Shown here: in pieces, positions 1 to 12,896 of the stretch
How the letters are laid out: each line of letters begins with the position of its first letter
Numbering within the stretch: position 1 is the stretch's first letter
Assembly (NCBI GenBank): GCA_965202585.1
Contig: OZ241834.1
Location: 30,938,001 to 31,002,000 of the forward strand
Length of the DNA: 64,000 bases
Source of the DNA: Thalia democratica
Taxonomy: Eukaryota
Direction: 5' to 3'
Made by a program: the position numbers and the translations under genes
Notes under the pieces: model-generated
Told to the model about the DNA's origin: nothing
What the model saw: the letters and a program-made list of their open reading frames with translations, nothing else
The model's database searches: none

Positions 1-1917
1 GTTACTTTTTTTGATAGTTTCAATCTAAGATAAGTAAAAAATAATGTTTAGTATTTTAATATTATCAATATACTGGTTAAACTTAATACGTACAAAAGTA
101 AATGGAACTTTCAAGACAATAAAAATGGAAAAAAAAAACATATCTGAAAAAATTGCATCAGGTTTATATATCTATGTAAGAAATTAAAGTTGTAGTGTAA
201 ATTAATGACTGTTTTTCTGTGGTAAAGAAAGAAATATAAAATATTAAAATAAGCAAGAAAATTTGGTTCTGTGTAAAAGGTGCCACTAAAAAGACAAAAT
301 GAACTATTTAACTTAAAGCACTCTTAAGTCAAAAAACTGTCTTGAGTGATCAAAAATTGCCTTGAGTCATCCTGAGATTTTTTTTTGATCCTTAAAAAAA
401 AAACTTTTGACTCATGCACAAACTACTTATACCTCACGTTCATTTTTCTTCTTATTAGTTAAAAAGAAGGCTGTGTGTGTATGATTTTGTATTAGATGTT
501 AACTAAACTTATGATAAACACCGATTTTAAAGATTCAAAGTTTTAATCCGTTGAGATTAAAAACTAAAATTTGAAGATAGATATAAGTAACCATGTTAGT
601 TAACTTAATATATTATAGAGAATAGTTTGAATTTATTTTGACATTTTAATTGACTAACTTCAATCTTTCCACATAAAGTACTCACTTGAATGCATATTTA
701 TTTATTGAAAAAAATCTTTTCTGAGATATAAAAAGCAAATTTTAAACTATTCTGAGATAAAAAAAAGTCAAAACTGTCCTGAGTCATCTTGAGTTTAAAA
801 AAGTCAACATACCCTGAGCTATTCTGTTATTTTATAGAATTTTTAAGATATCTTTAGTTATCCAGAATACCATGAGTGTGTGAAAACCTTGTAAAATCTA
901 TATTTTTCAAAGGTTCTTAAGGGCATAGGGGAGGGTTTAACTAGCTTTTTACAACTTAATATTATTCTTTTGAGTTTATCTTAGCAATCAGACATTCTTA
1001 ACGTCTAAACAAAATTCAAAGTTAATTTTGGTTAGATTTTTAGTTAAATAATTAACTTTTAGTTAATTAAAGGGTTTATTAGTTGTTGAAAAAAGTCTAA
1101 TAATTAAAAGCTATAGTAAAAAAATCTAGAAGGAGATTAAACTAAGATTTTTATTGCAAAAAAGTAAGATGAAGTCTTTTAAGCTAACCTCTTTTTTTCA
1201 GAAGTTTTTAGCAAAACTAACAATATGTCAAAAGTATAATTTTTTAATTAAATAGTTTTTATTTTAAGATTTATATAAGAATCTTTACTAATTTTTATAA
1301 AAAAAAAATACTTTGACCCCGTATAAAAATCTAGTATATACTTTAAAACTAATTCATCTTATAATACTCTTTTTCAAATAAATGGCAAGTAATAGTTTCA
1401 TTTAAGTATAACAAAATTGATCCTTTTTAGAGCTGCCAACACCTTGCTTATTTGTTTATAATGAAATTTTAATTATTATAATAAAAATGCATACATCAAA
1501 ATTCTTATGGCTTTTTGCTAACATAATGAAAACTTTGAACAAATGAAAAATTTTATTAAAAAAAACTTTAAAATGTATTTGTTAGTCTATGCTCTAATCC
1601 AAGTTAAGATCGTCCTGGACAAAATGTTAAAAGGTAACCATGGTGTACAACTCAATAATTAAAAGGTTTTTGTGCACCAGGCACTAGGACTAAATATTTT
1701 GAGCGTATTTTTGTTGTTCAATAAACTATTAATATAATAAAAATGAATAAAGTTTGAAATTTAATTTAATATCTATAAAATAAACTTTAGCTAAACTTTA
1801 TAATTAAGGACATAGGGAGATAAGGATTTTTTTTAACAAACTGATCTAATTTACTGCCATTGTTTCAGCCTCAAAAAGCCATCCTTAAAAATAAAAAAAT
1901 ATCTTAAAAACATGTGT

Positions 1918-2500
1918 TTTCAAAAATCTTTTAGGTTTACATTTTCAATGTTTTTAAACCAAAAACATGTTAAATGGTTTTGATTTCTTTTTAGACTATG
2001 AAGAAAAACTTCATCTCAAATAAAAAAGTCATTTTTTTTTTCCTTTAAAACTACTTTTTTTTGATAAAGTTTTTCTATTAAGCATAAGCCTCTTTTCAAA
2101 AATATCTTTTATGCTTTCAACTTTCTATGCTTTAAAACAAAAAACATGTTAAACGGTTTTGATTGCTTTGTAAATTATAAATAAAAACTTTATTTCAAAA
2201 AAAAAAGTAGCTTAAGTATTTTTTTAACTTTAAAACTAGACTTTTTTTGATAAACTTCTTCTTTTGAGCACAAGTTTTTTTTCAAAAATCTTTTAGGCTT
2301 ACAATTTTCAATGTTTTTAAACAAAAACCATATTAAACGGTTTTGATTGCTTTGTAGATTATGAATAAAATCTTTATTTCAAATAAAAAACTTAAGAAAA
2401 GTATTTTTTTAACTATTAAACTATTTTTTTCGATAAACTTCTTCTATGAGCATAAGCCTCTTTTTTACGTTTACAATTTTCAATGTTTTCAAACAAAAAT
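1918..2500 (+). repeat. Degenerate tandem repeat, ~180-bp unit, about 3 copies plus a partial
   Basis: Recurring ttcaaaaatcttttagg..ttacaattttcaatg..aaaaacatgttaaacggtttttgatt at ~1918, ~2095, ~2281 and ~2461. Confidence 0.75.
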
Positions 2501-2585
2501 CCCCAAAACAACTTTTTTGCACGGGTTGAAAACTTTTTATTTTTTTTGTATTAGCTTTAATTTTGTTTAGTTTTTTTTACTATAA

Positions 2586-2777
2586 CTAACCCTTACCCTA
2601 TATGAGTAATTTTTTTTTCAGTTTTTAAATGTATGTTTCAATTAATTTCCAAATTTCTATTTTTTTATAATTGTTACCTCTATGAGTAATTTTTTTTTTT
2701 TCTAAATGTATGTTTCAATTAATTTTTAAATTTATATTTTTTTATAATTGTTACCCCTAACCCTTACCCTTGATCGG
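2586..2777 (+). repeat. ~80-bp local duplication bracketed by telomere-like ctaacccttaccct motifs
   Basis: tatgagtaattttttt..aaatgtatgtttcaattaattt..ttttataattgttacc occurs twice. ctaacccttaccct occurs at 2586 and 2757, and again at ~14086. Confidence 0.6.
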
Positions 2778-4420
2778 TAATTTTTTAATGTTTTAAGGAT
2801 TTGAGTATGTGAATTAAAATCATTCAAGAAAGTTGCAAAAATTTGCATATTTGAGCATAGCTTTTTAAGGCTGAAAAGATTTTGGTGACCTAACTTTTAA
2901 GATCTCTAACTTACTTAACACAGGGTTACCACTGGTTTTGACAAATTTTCTCCATGTTTTCAAAATTTGAAACTATCTATGCATGACAATTAGTATTAGA
3001 ACAAATGTTTTTTCTACTTTTTTTCATGTGTCAACTATTTATTTCAACATTACAATCTATAGTCACTACATTTTCAAAACTGTCATTTGGATCCTAACAC
3101 TACCAACTTACACTTATCTATACAATAAAGTTATTTTTGGATGTACAAGCAGTATTTTTATTATGATTGAGTTTTAATTCTTAGAATAGGATGGCCACTA
3201 TATTTTAAGACATTTCTTCCAGGTTTTTTTATTTTCTACAAAGATTTTTTTATATTTATTGTTTTAGCTGAAAATTAACTTGAGATTAAAAAATGTACTT
3301 AAGTTAGTGAAAAATACTGTTATGCTACTTTAAATGTGTTTTATTAAAATTATTTAAATTTATAAAATATACCCTTTTTTGTATTTCTTATCTAATCAAA
3401 AGCTTAAATATTCTATATAAAATTGTTTAAAACTTTAGATTTTCAAGGATTCTAGCTTAAATGGCCACTCTGTTAGTTTAATTTTTAAAAATAGGAATAA
3501 AATTCATTTTTTCATTGTTATATACTATATACTTAAAATATCAACATGCTTATTATGTGAACTATGAGAGTTTATAAATTTTAGTTTATTGAATGACAAA
3601 ATAAAGTACTCAAAAAAAATTGGTCAAATGACTTAAGGTAAAAAAAAACCTTTTAGTTAAGATGTATACTACTTGGATATAGTTAAGTGTCTTGTACAAG
3701 ATAAGAGATACAGTATTCAAAGGTTAAGTTCAAATAAAGTAATAACAGTTTTACAGTGTACATTGAACGACATGTTTACAAAATTGTTGTTTTTTTCATA
3801 GAGAAGTGTTTGTATTAGATGTCAATTTAATACTACCTTGTACTTTAGTGCCTAGGAAAATTGAAGCAAAAAGAGACACAAAACTATTTTAAGCCTAAAT
3901 GTTTAGAACTTTTCCTTTTTTTTTAAATAAAATGAGTTGTATGATGGTTTAGGGGTTCTTAATGACAGCATTATTAACTCTATAGGTTATATGTTACAAG
4001 AGTTAAACCCAGTAGTCAACACATATACAAAAAATTAACATTTAAATACTTATTAGCTTCAACCTAGTTAAAAATGATAAAATTATGTAAAATTTATGAT
4101 TAGACAAACACATTTTAGATTAAAAAAATAATAGTTTTTGTTAAAAAAAAATGTATATAAACAAGTTTTAAATTTAATAAACTTAAAATTTAAACTACAG
4201 TACTATTTTTTTAAATTTTATAAACGTTAAATAGATATATTTCATAAAATAATGTGTATGCAAACATTATTAGAAGTAAAATCAACATTATTGCTTGTTG
4301 ATAGCTTACTACAACATAAAAGTTTTTTTAGGTAGCCTAGCAACTTTATGCTTGAGAAGTTTAAAAAAAAGTTAACTATTGAAAATGTAAGAATGGTTAT
4401 ATGTATATCCTATTTAGACT

Positions 4421-5593
4421 GGTTGGGTGTCACTTTTGCACGAAGGGACACTTTTGCACAAACGTCACTTTTGCACGAACGGTTACTTTTGCACGGCGAC
4501 TCTTTTGCACAAGCGTCACTTTAGCACGAGGGGACACTTTTGCACGGAGGGTCATTTTAGCACGGCGACATTTTTACACGTCAAAACTTTTGCACGACGT
4601 TACATTTGCATAGCGACATTTTTGCAAAGCGTCACTTTTTCACGACGTTATATTTTCACTGATATACTTATGAACTGAAAAAGTTGCAAACAATAAGTCA
4701 ATCTTGAGAGGAGCTTCAATTTTGCACAATTCTAATTTTTATTTTCTCAAATAAAAGTTTAAATAACTATATATATATATAAATTTTGGACAAAATTAAC
4801 AAACAATTATTTTATTTTTGTTACTAGTCAATGCATTTAAGTATTTGATGTTAATCGTTCTACATCAAAGCGTTAATAAGTATAAGTTTGTGGTTAAAAC
4901 TTTGCTTTTTATGTTAACCTATAAACTTTATATCAAATTATTTTTTATCTTTGCTTTTATAAATAAAATTTTTGTGTTAACTTTTTTTTTCTTTATGTGT
5001 CTTTAAGTTTAGGTGGTCTAGGTTTTGATGCTTATTGCCTAGGTCCATCATATGGTCAATAAACTTGTAGTCGTATAGTAAAATATATAAAAAGGTGTAG
5101 TTGTTAATTAATGTACTAAAGTTCAAATTTAACTAGAACAATTTACTTACATTTAAAGATTTTTTTACCTTAGCTTCTAAATAATTTTTTTTTTGTCCCT
5201 GGTATGAATCTTTTATAAATAATTTTGTTCTATCTTTTCGTTAGTTTGTTTCTAACATTAACTTTTACTGTTTAAAAATTTAAACCTTTCATTTTTTGCC
5301 TTTAATATAAGTATGTTATAAAATTTTAGTTTTCAGTTTCTTTTTATGTTACAGATTTGGTATTATCTGAAAAACTTTTGGTCGGCCTGCATGCAGTAGT
5401 GATGTTCCGTGCAAAAGTATCGTAGTGCAAAAATGCTTCGGTAAAACTTGTCATTGTGAAAAAATGTCGCCGTGCAAAGATGACGCCGTGCACAAGTGAC
5501 ACCGTGAAAAAATGACGCTCCGTGCAAAAGAGTCGCCGTGCAAAAGTGTCCCCTCGTGCAAAAGTGATGCTTATGCAAAAGTGACCCGTTCCC
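4421..5593. mobile_element. Non-autonomous Mutator/Foldback-type DNA transposon with long sub-repeated TIRs
   Basis: A perfect 9-bp direct repeat ATTTAGACT flanks it at 4412-4420 and 5594-5602. Both termini start GG (ggttgggtgtcacttttgca / gggaacgggtcacttttgca). The arms (~4421-4650 and ~5405-5593) are inverted arrays of a ~17-18 bp unit with core cacttttgcacg. The AT-rich interior has no ORF. Confidence 0.85.
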
Positions 5594-6039
5594 ATTTAGA
5601 CTAGATCGGTTTCATTATTATTTTTTTGTTTGTCTATTGATAATTACAATAATAATAACAAATTTTGCTAAAGTTTATTGATTTGATTCCTAAAATTAAA
5701 TTTTTATATAAAAAGAAAGTATGTATGTATAAAATTAATTCACTTAACTTTAAGCTATGTATATAAAGAAAACATATAAATTGTTAAAGTTCAAACACTA
5801 GTTCTTATGTTTATAAATTTTACATTTCACACAACCATCATTTTACAACTTAAAATGTTTTATTTAAAGTAATCTATTTATTTTTGGGATAGCTGTAATA
5901 ACTATTTTTTTAAGCTACATTTTTAGATAAATAGAAATAAAAAAAGTTTTATATTTTTAATCTCTGTTGTGCACTGTTTTCAATAGTCTTAAACAGTTTA
6001 GTTTTATACAAAATTTAATATTTGTATTTATATTGTTCA

Positions 6040-6420
6040 GTAAAGTGTTTTTAGCTTAAAAAATACGCATTTTATTATCTACGTACGATTTTTATATAGT
6101 AAACAGTTTTATGAGCTTAACACGACTAAGTCTTTTTAAATGCTATCTTACAAACTTAAGCTTTACTTCAGTTTGATCAAAGCGTATTTACCAAATCTTA
6201 GGTCATACTTGCAAAAAAAAAATTATTAACTTGTTTTAGAATTTATTCTAACATCATTTTCTAAATAGAGCCGATATAAACGAAGTTGCTTTAAATATAG
6301 TTTAATTTTACCTTGACTCGTTAAGACTTTGAGTTCAGTATAACTTTTTATCAACACATCATGAGTTTCTTAACTAAATCAAAATTTCCAGTAGATTATA
6401 ACTGATACACTTCCTGTTTT
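6040..6420 (-). repeat. Dispersed degenerate repeat, homologous to ~10205-10600; probable decayed coding/TE relic
   Basis: Shared anchors ctacgtacgattttt, aacacgact, gtcatacttgc and cagtataactttt occur in the same order and spacing in both copies. Confidence 0.55.
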
Positions 6421-6435
6421 GATAATGATATAGAA

Positions 6436-6798
6436 CCGGGTGCATCAAATATGATGACCACTTGCGGCCTATGAAGTTTATAAGTGCGGCCCGAAATCAT
6501 GTTTCTATTCTAAATGGAATGCGGCCAATCAAAGGTTAACATGCGGCCCGCGAGTATTGAAATTTTGCCCGCAACGAAATTTATTGACACTTATTTTATA
6601 AATTTTTTTAGTTGAAGTTAAGAGTAAAATTAAAACAAAGGTCTTTAGTTAAATTTACGGAAAATTCAAAGCTTAGACTTGATACTTTGGGTCTGCTATA
6701 AAAGGGTACAAATTACAAACTGAAGCTACAAATGCAGCTCGTAAATACTTAAGTTTTCAAAATTTGGCCTGCGATCACTAATTGCTTGCCGAGTCGTG
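6436..6798. mobile_element. Degenerate hAT-type MITE remnant
   Basis: Recurrent tgcggccc/gcggcccgcg subterminal motifs and a terminal ttgccgagtcgtg resembling a hAT TIR. No TSD found. A similar remnant (tggcccgtgggccgta) lies at ~20540. Confidence 0.4.
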
Positions 6799-7213
6799 GC
6801 TTAGCTTCTGATAATTAAAAACTGTGGTTATTAGTAAAAAAATATAAACAGTCTAAAAAACATTATTTCAAAACACAAATACAGAACAACATTAAGCTGT
6901 TTAAACTGTTATATTGAAAAAAATATTTTTTAAAGTCGTTTAACAAATTTTAAACAAAAAGAGCATTTTTACTAACTTTAAAAAGAACTTTTTCACAAAA
7001 ATTTCTTGCTGTTTTAAAGCAAATAAATTTGTTCTTTTTTTTCGAATTCACATGACTTTTTTCTCTTCGATTTCTACGACTTACTAAATTCTAAATTTTT
7101 CCTAAAACTAGTTCTACGAAAGACTTTAAATCGTTTTTAATGTAAATGATAATTAATTATTCTTAAGCTGCACGCTTGTGAGTTTTTCAAACTATTGTTT
7201 TAGTACTTTAACT

Positions 7214-8280
7214 CAGTGATTCTGAAATGGGGTTCCGCGGAACCCTAGAGTTCCGCGACGCCTCTCAGGGGTTCCGCGAAGCCTTTCGAAATTTAAAAAA
7301 GAAATTTGAAAAAAAAAAAACTTTTGGAAGAAAATGGTTAGCAATGGTAATTTTGCGATGTTTGACCGGTTTGATGAGGCCCATGAAAAATGCATAGAAT
7401 TCAACTTCTCTGACGAAATATACCTTGATCTTTTGTCTATAAAGTTTCAACATTATTTCCTGAAGATGTTTGCATCGGAAATTATGGATTTTGAATCCTT
7501 TTATGTGTGATATTGTTTTAGAGGAATTGAATCTTCCTACAGATACAGAAAACGAATTGCTGCAACTATCTGAAGATAGCAAAATTGAGTTTCAAAGGGA
7601 AGGAGCTTTTAGATTTTTGGGTATGTGCAAGTTCAGAGTACCCCGTCTTAGCAAAGCGTGCAGTCAAATTTCTTTTACCATTCACCACCACTTATCTTTG
7701 CGAGTCTGGCTTTTCGCAAGTAACAAACATTAAAACGAAGCAAAGGAACTGTATGCTAAGTCCAACCTTATCTGCCTGTCTCCGTCTCAATCTATCCAAA
7801 TCCAGCCGGGCATTGAGATGCTTGTTGCTAAAAGACAAGTTCAAGTTTTGCACTAAATGTTTTTTATTTATTTTTTTTTAGGCATCTTATCCGTTTATTA
7901 CAGTAATCTGTGAATTTGATTAGGTTTATGTTCATTTCGTTATTTTTTGTAGCTCTCATTTTGTTTTTATTATGCAAAGAAAGATTTTTATGACGTTGTT
8001 ATTAATCATGTTTGTTTTCGTTTATTTATTATAGAATCATAAAATACCTATTGCCTCTGGCGCACTTTGAGTTTGACTTGACTTAATATTATTACAATTG
8101 GTATGATTTCTAACAATGATATAGTTTTGCTAAAAAAAAATCGTTTTTTACTGGAATTATTTTGTTTTTTGCAGGAAATATTATATTAAACATTTTATGA
8201 AAAATTAAAATTAGGGGTTCTGCGGAAAAGTTGAACTTTGGAAAAGGGTTCCGCCACTAGAAAAAGGTTCAGAAGCACTG
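7214..8280 (+). mobile_element. Internally deleted hAT (Charlie/Buster-like) transposon with a frameshifted transposase C-terminus
   Basis: TIRs CAGTGATTCTGAA / TTCAGAAGCACTG. 8-bp TSD CTTTAACT at 7206-7213 and 8281-8288. Subterminal GGGTTCCGCGGAA repeats. ORFs 7470-7881 encode NPF..ELLQLSED and LLDFWVCASSEYPVLAKRAVKFLLPFTTTYLCESGFS, the hAT C-terminal dimerisation domain. Confidence 0.92.
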
Positions 8281-8850
8281 CTTTAACTTATATCAAAGAT
8301 ATTACCCTAAACATATTATTTTTTATAAGATATCTAGTTTTTATTTTTCGATAAAGTTCTGCAAGGAACTATAGATAAAAATTTTAAAAATGTGAAACGT
8401 TTTTTGTATTATAGTAAAAGGTAGGATTTATTTTGATTAAACACGTCTTGTGCAAACTATTTAGATATGTTGTCTTCTTTTTGATACAAAATACTTTAGA
8501 GTATGGTCGAAAATTTGTTTTTATTACACATAAAGAATTTTTTATCATTTATTTTATTCAATTTGGCACTCAAGAAATTATATCAGTTTTTATAGTGCAA
8601 TTTTTTAAAATGTGCGGCTCACTAAACATTTTTTTAAACGAAGTTGACCAGTGATAAGTTTTGTGGTAAATCAGGTCCATTGACAAAAAAATTACAATAC
8701 CCTAGTAAAAGAGATAGTTGAAATATTTAAGAATTTAAAATTAGGTAGTTGTAATAAACTATAAATCCTATAGTTTGTACAAGTCACAATTAGCTCCAGA
8801 TAATATGTTTGTTAACAATAATTTTCCTTTTTGAATTTTACTATTTTCAG

Positions 8851-9148
8851 CAAATGTCCTGGAAGATTCTGGGCGATGACTGAATTAAAGCAAGCAATCA
8901 TTCTTTTTATCACAAAGATCGATTTCGAACTTGTCACGCCTTCACAGGAGATTTCCGTGAAACAAGATCGCTTCATGATGGGATCTTTGTCTCTTAACAA
9001 AGACCCTGTCATTCGGTATCGTAAGAAAACAGAAGAGTTCAAAATAACACCTGAGAGTATTTATCATAACTTTTTAAAAACAAATTTTAGATTTTTTTTC
9101 ATAGTTCCAGATTTTAATAGGTTAGAAAAACCTTTTTTAAATTTATAA
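8851..9148 (+). pseudogene. Orphan copy of CYP exon 10 (heme-Cys exon), B-type, inside a partial duplication of CYP-B intron 9, exon 10 and 3' flank (~6940-9600)
   Basis: Acceptor tttactattttcag|C AAA TGT CCT GGA AGA TTC TGG gives KCPGRFWAMTELKQAIILFITKIDFELVTPSQEISVKQDRFMMGSLSLNKDPVIRYRKK. Flanks align in inverted orientation to 20990-19380. No exon 1-9 sequence is recognisable in 1-8850. Confidence 0.75.
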
Positions 9149-12100
9149 GCTAAAACTTGTTTTTTTGAGACTTTTTTACTTCAAATTTCCTTCATTTTAA
9201 ATTTTACTCGAAATTTTATTTTTTTCATGCTGACATAAAACTTTCTTAAACCTTGTAAAAATGTACGTTTGTATTACATTTTTGATAGTACGAGGTTAAA
9301 TTTAATTTTTATTAACTTTATCTAAAGTTTTAATAAACTGAATTTTTTTTTCAACTTGTGATAATTTCTAGCATTTTTTACTTTGCACTTTAGAAAAGTT
9401 AGAATATTACATTATAACTAAATAACAATTGAGTTCAATACTTTTTTACTCAGTTTAATTCTTTTAACATTAACAAATGAAAATTGTATTATTTATTTTA
9501 AACAACAATAGGATAACTTTAAATTTAGAGTTCACAATGTGTTTTATTCACACAGCAATAATCACAATAACAAACTTGTTCATATTACTTGTTAATATCT
9601 TGTAATATATTTTGTTTTGAAAGTTTTTGTCCAACTTTAACAAGGAACTATAACAGAAAAAGATGTTCATTATAGACTTTTTTATAAATTTCTTTATAGT
9701 CGTTTTGAAACCATTTAATTTTCATTTTTAAAATAATACTGTAATTTTAGTTCAAGATTGAATTGGTTTGTTTGTTTTTAAATATTAAAAATATTTCGTA
9801 TAGCTACCAGGTAAATGCTTTTATAAAACCTTAGTTTAGTATACATTAAAAATACATTAAAATAACTACATCAAATCACCATTTAACTACATTTTTTTTG
9901 CAACTTCAAATTCAGGACTTGAAGTATTCAAGATTCTAATGCACTAATGTCTCAATAAAATTAATAAAACTAACTGTGTATCCAATACATGCTACATAGT
10001 ACATACACTTAACTTTTTTCTATTAAACATGAATTATTTAAGACAACTTGACGATTTTTTGATAAACTTGTAATAGCTTTAAAAAATACTCAATTACTTA
10101 AAAAAGAATATATATATATTACCACTGCCTTTTGTGAATTAAATTCAATAGCTTTAAACAACTAAGTTTTAAACAAAACTTTTTAACTAAATTCAATTTA
10201 AACAATAAAGTGTATTAAGCTTTAAATATACATTGCTTATTTTCTACGTACGATTTTTTAAAGATAAAACTTCTATAAGCAAAACACGACTGAAGTTTTA
10301 TTTCATATGCTAAATTACAAACTCAAATTTATTTTTTTTCAGTCTTATGTTATACAACCATATCTTTAGTCATACTTGCCAGAACAATTTTTTTGAGTTC
10401 GTTTTGAAACCTTATCCTAATAGTTCTGTTTGTATATAGCAGCTACAAATGAAATTTCATCAAACAAATCTCATTTAAAATTTTTACATTTTTACCTCTA
10501 CTCGTTAGCAGTTCGATGCAGTATAACTTTATATAAACAATTCTTGACTTGGCCGGAAATTTCTAGTACATTATAACTAATTAACTTATAGTTTGATAAG
10601 CAACTATAAAATTTTCTTACAATGTTTAATACTGTAGACACGCTAAAGTTTGGTATAAGTTTAAATTTATTTCTGTGCTCTTAGGCTAACTTTGGTAAAC
10701 TAACTAAAAAATCTTATGTAGCGTAACGTACGAATAAAAGTATGTACTAAATTATTGTAGATTTAGTTTGTAAAAAATATTGAGTACTGCTAAAACAACG
10801 TAGATGATAGAAAAAATTATGTTAAATGAAAAATAAAAGTGTTAAAAAACGTAGTGCAGCTTTAGCGTCACGAACAAAAAAAACATAATTTCTTATAATA
10901 TTAAAAAAAAAATATTTATTGATTGTTTAGGGAATAAAAGTTTTAATACTTTATTCGGACTCATGTTGCATTATAAATCAAGAACTCCTTAAAAAAATTA
11001 TAAATTTTATAACTAAAAGTGTTTAAAAGTTTTTTTGTTTTGTTTTTATTTTAAAATTATGACACTATTATAAACACTCAACAGTGCTTTTTTTAATTGA
11101 GTAATTTTAAAGATAATTAAAAATAATTGCTTAAAAGTTTCGGCTCTTAGGCTTATATAAAAGCTTTTAGCTGCTATCATATATCAATTTTTAAGAATTT
11201 CTAGAAATTACTTTGTATAATAAAATACCTGCATTAATATATCTAGTATGTAAATAATTACATTATAAAATTTGAAACTTTAATTTATTGCACCTATTTT
11301 GTCAAAAACTTTTTTTAATTAGATTTTGTTTTTTAAAGTTCTAATACTTGAAAAAATATAAAATTACATGAAGCTGTAACATTAGTCATCTTAAATTAGT
11401 TTTATTTTCTCATTAGTCATAAACATGTAAGTTAACTGAAGCAGAAACTTATAGTTGCATTGTTTAAATACTTCAATTTTAGCTCTGTGTTTTGCAGTTA
11501 GTGCTACTACAACTGTCAAAAGGTTTTATGAGGAACACCATAAAATTAGTAGCAAAGTTTTTGCAAGTTTACCCAGTGGAAAAGTGTCAAACTTTTTTAA
11601 GAACGCTTACGATGATTTATAATTTTAATGTTTAAATAAAGATGTGCTGATTGAACATTTTATTCACATAGTAAATTAAATATTTAATTTGCAAACCTTT
11701 ATTTAAATAAACTCTTTACATTTCAGTAAATTGAGCAATTTTTTTAGTTAAGCAAACAATTACATACTTGTAATGTTTAAAAACCTTAAAAAAACTCAGA
11801 GTGTTTTCAGAGGTGTTAGAAGTTAGTTTTAGAAAGATTCAGTTTTATAGCTTAAACACTAGTTGCTCGGCTTACACGATCAGTTATACTTGTTTTTGCA
11901 ACAGTGTGCTGTCGAGCTAGCTAAATCAAAAGGCAAGAATTAAAGATAGCTAAGTTTATGTTTAAAAGGTAAAATATTGTTTACTGCATTTAATCAAAAA
12001 TGTCTTTATTATTTTAATTTTTACTGTTAGGTGTTGATAGAAATTTGCACATACTACTCAGATTATTTATGTTCTACAGTAGAAGTTTTCAGTTATAAAC

Positions 12101-12896
12101 GTCTTAATTATTCTTCATAGCAATTTAAGTACTAGCTAAATCTACTAAAAGAGATGGTTCACAATACTTCAGAAGTATTAAAAGTTGAAATATCGAAATT
12201 AAAATTTTCAGAACTTGAATATTTGTGAACCTCTTAGGCTAGTTTAAGTTTAAGAATTTTAAAATTTACAAATTTCAGGAATTCTGTATAAAAAACTTTT
12301 ACTGTTTAACTTTGGTTTCTATAATTTTAAACTTGTAACTTATTCTTAATGAAGGTAAGTTATAAGAAAATAAGTTTGTTGATAAGTAGAAGCTTTATTA
12401 ACTAACCTATTTTGTTACTGGATTTAAGAATAAAGAATGCAATTTTAAAATGTGTTTGACAAGTTAAACTTAACTGCTTAAAACTTAACTGCTTTAAAGT
12501 TAGACTGCTTATAATTACTGTCTAGTTAAGCTAGTTTTACAGTCAGATGAAGATAAGCAAATATTTGTATACGTAAGCTTATATAAATAAAAAAAAAATT
12601 CTTGTTGACATTAAACTAGCTTTTATAGTGTTTAAAAATAAAGCCGACTTATGTACACTGTAAAGTAAGCTGTATATTGTTGTTATCTAATATAAAAGAA
12701 AGATATAAAATAAAGTTTTAAGTTCAGATAAAAGTTTTTTGGATTCTTTCTATTGTTTACTGAGTTATATATTTAGAATAGAAGTTGTTATTTTAGTTTG
12801 ATAGTTTTAGTACTTCAAATTAAACTTATGTTTAGAAAATATAAATTGAATTTTACAATCACAGTTTTAAATTTCAACTTTTAAAAGTCTTCCAAT

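Noticed and set aside
1-4400. Short ORFs (2361, 2983) and sub-repeats at ~320-390 and ~700-810
   Set aside because: The ORFs are F/I/K/N-rich artefacts of AT-rich repeats. The sub-repeats have no defined ends or TSD.
4421-5593. CRISPR-like array of short repeats
   Set aside because: The units are ~17-18 bp with only 5-6 variable bases, the two arrays are inverted and flanked by a TSD, the context is eukaryotic, and there are no cas genes.
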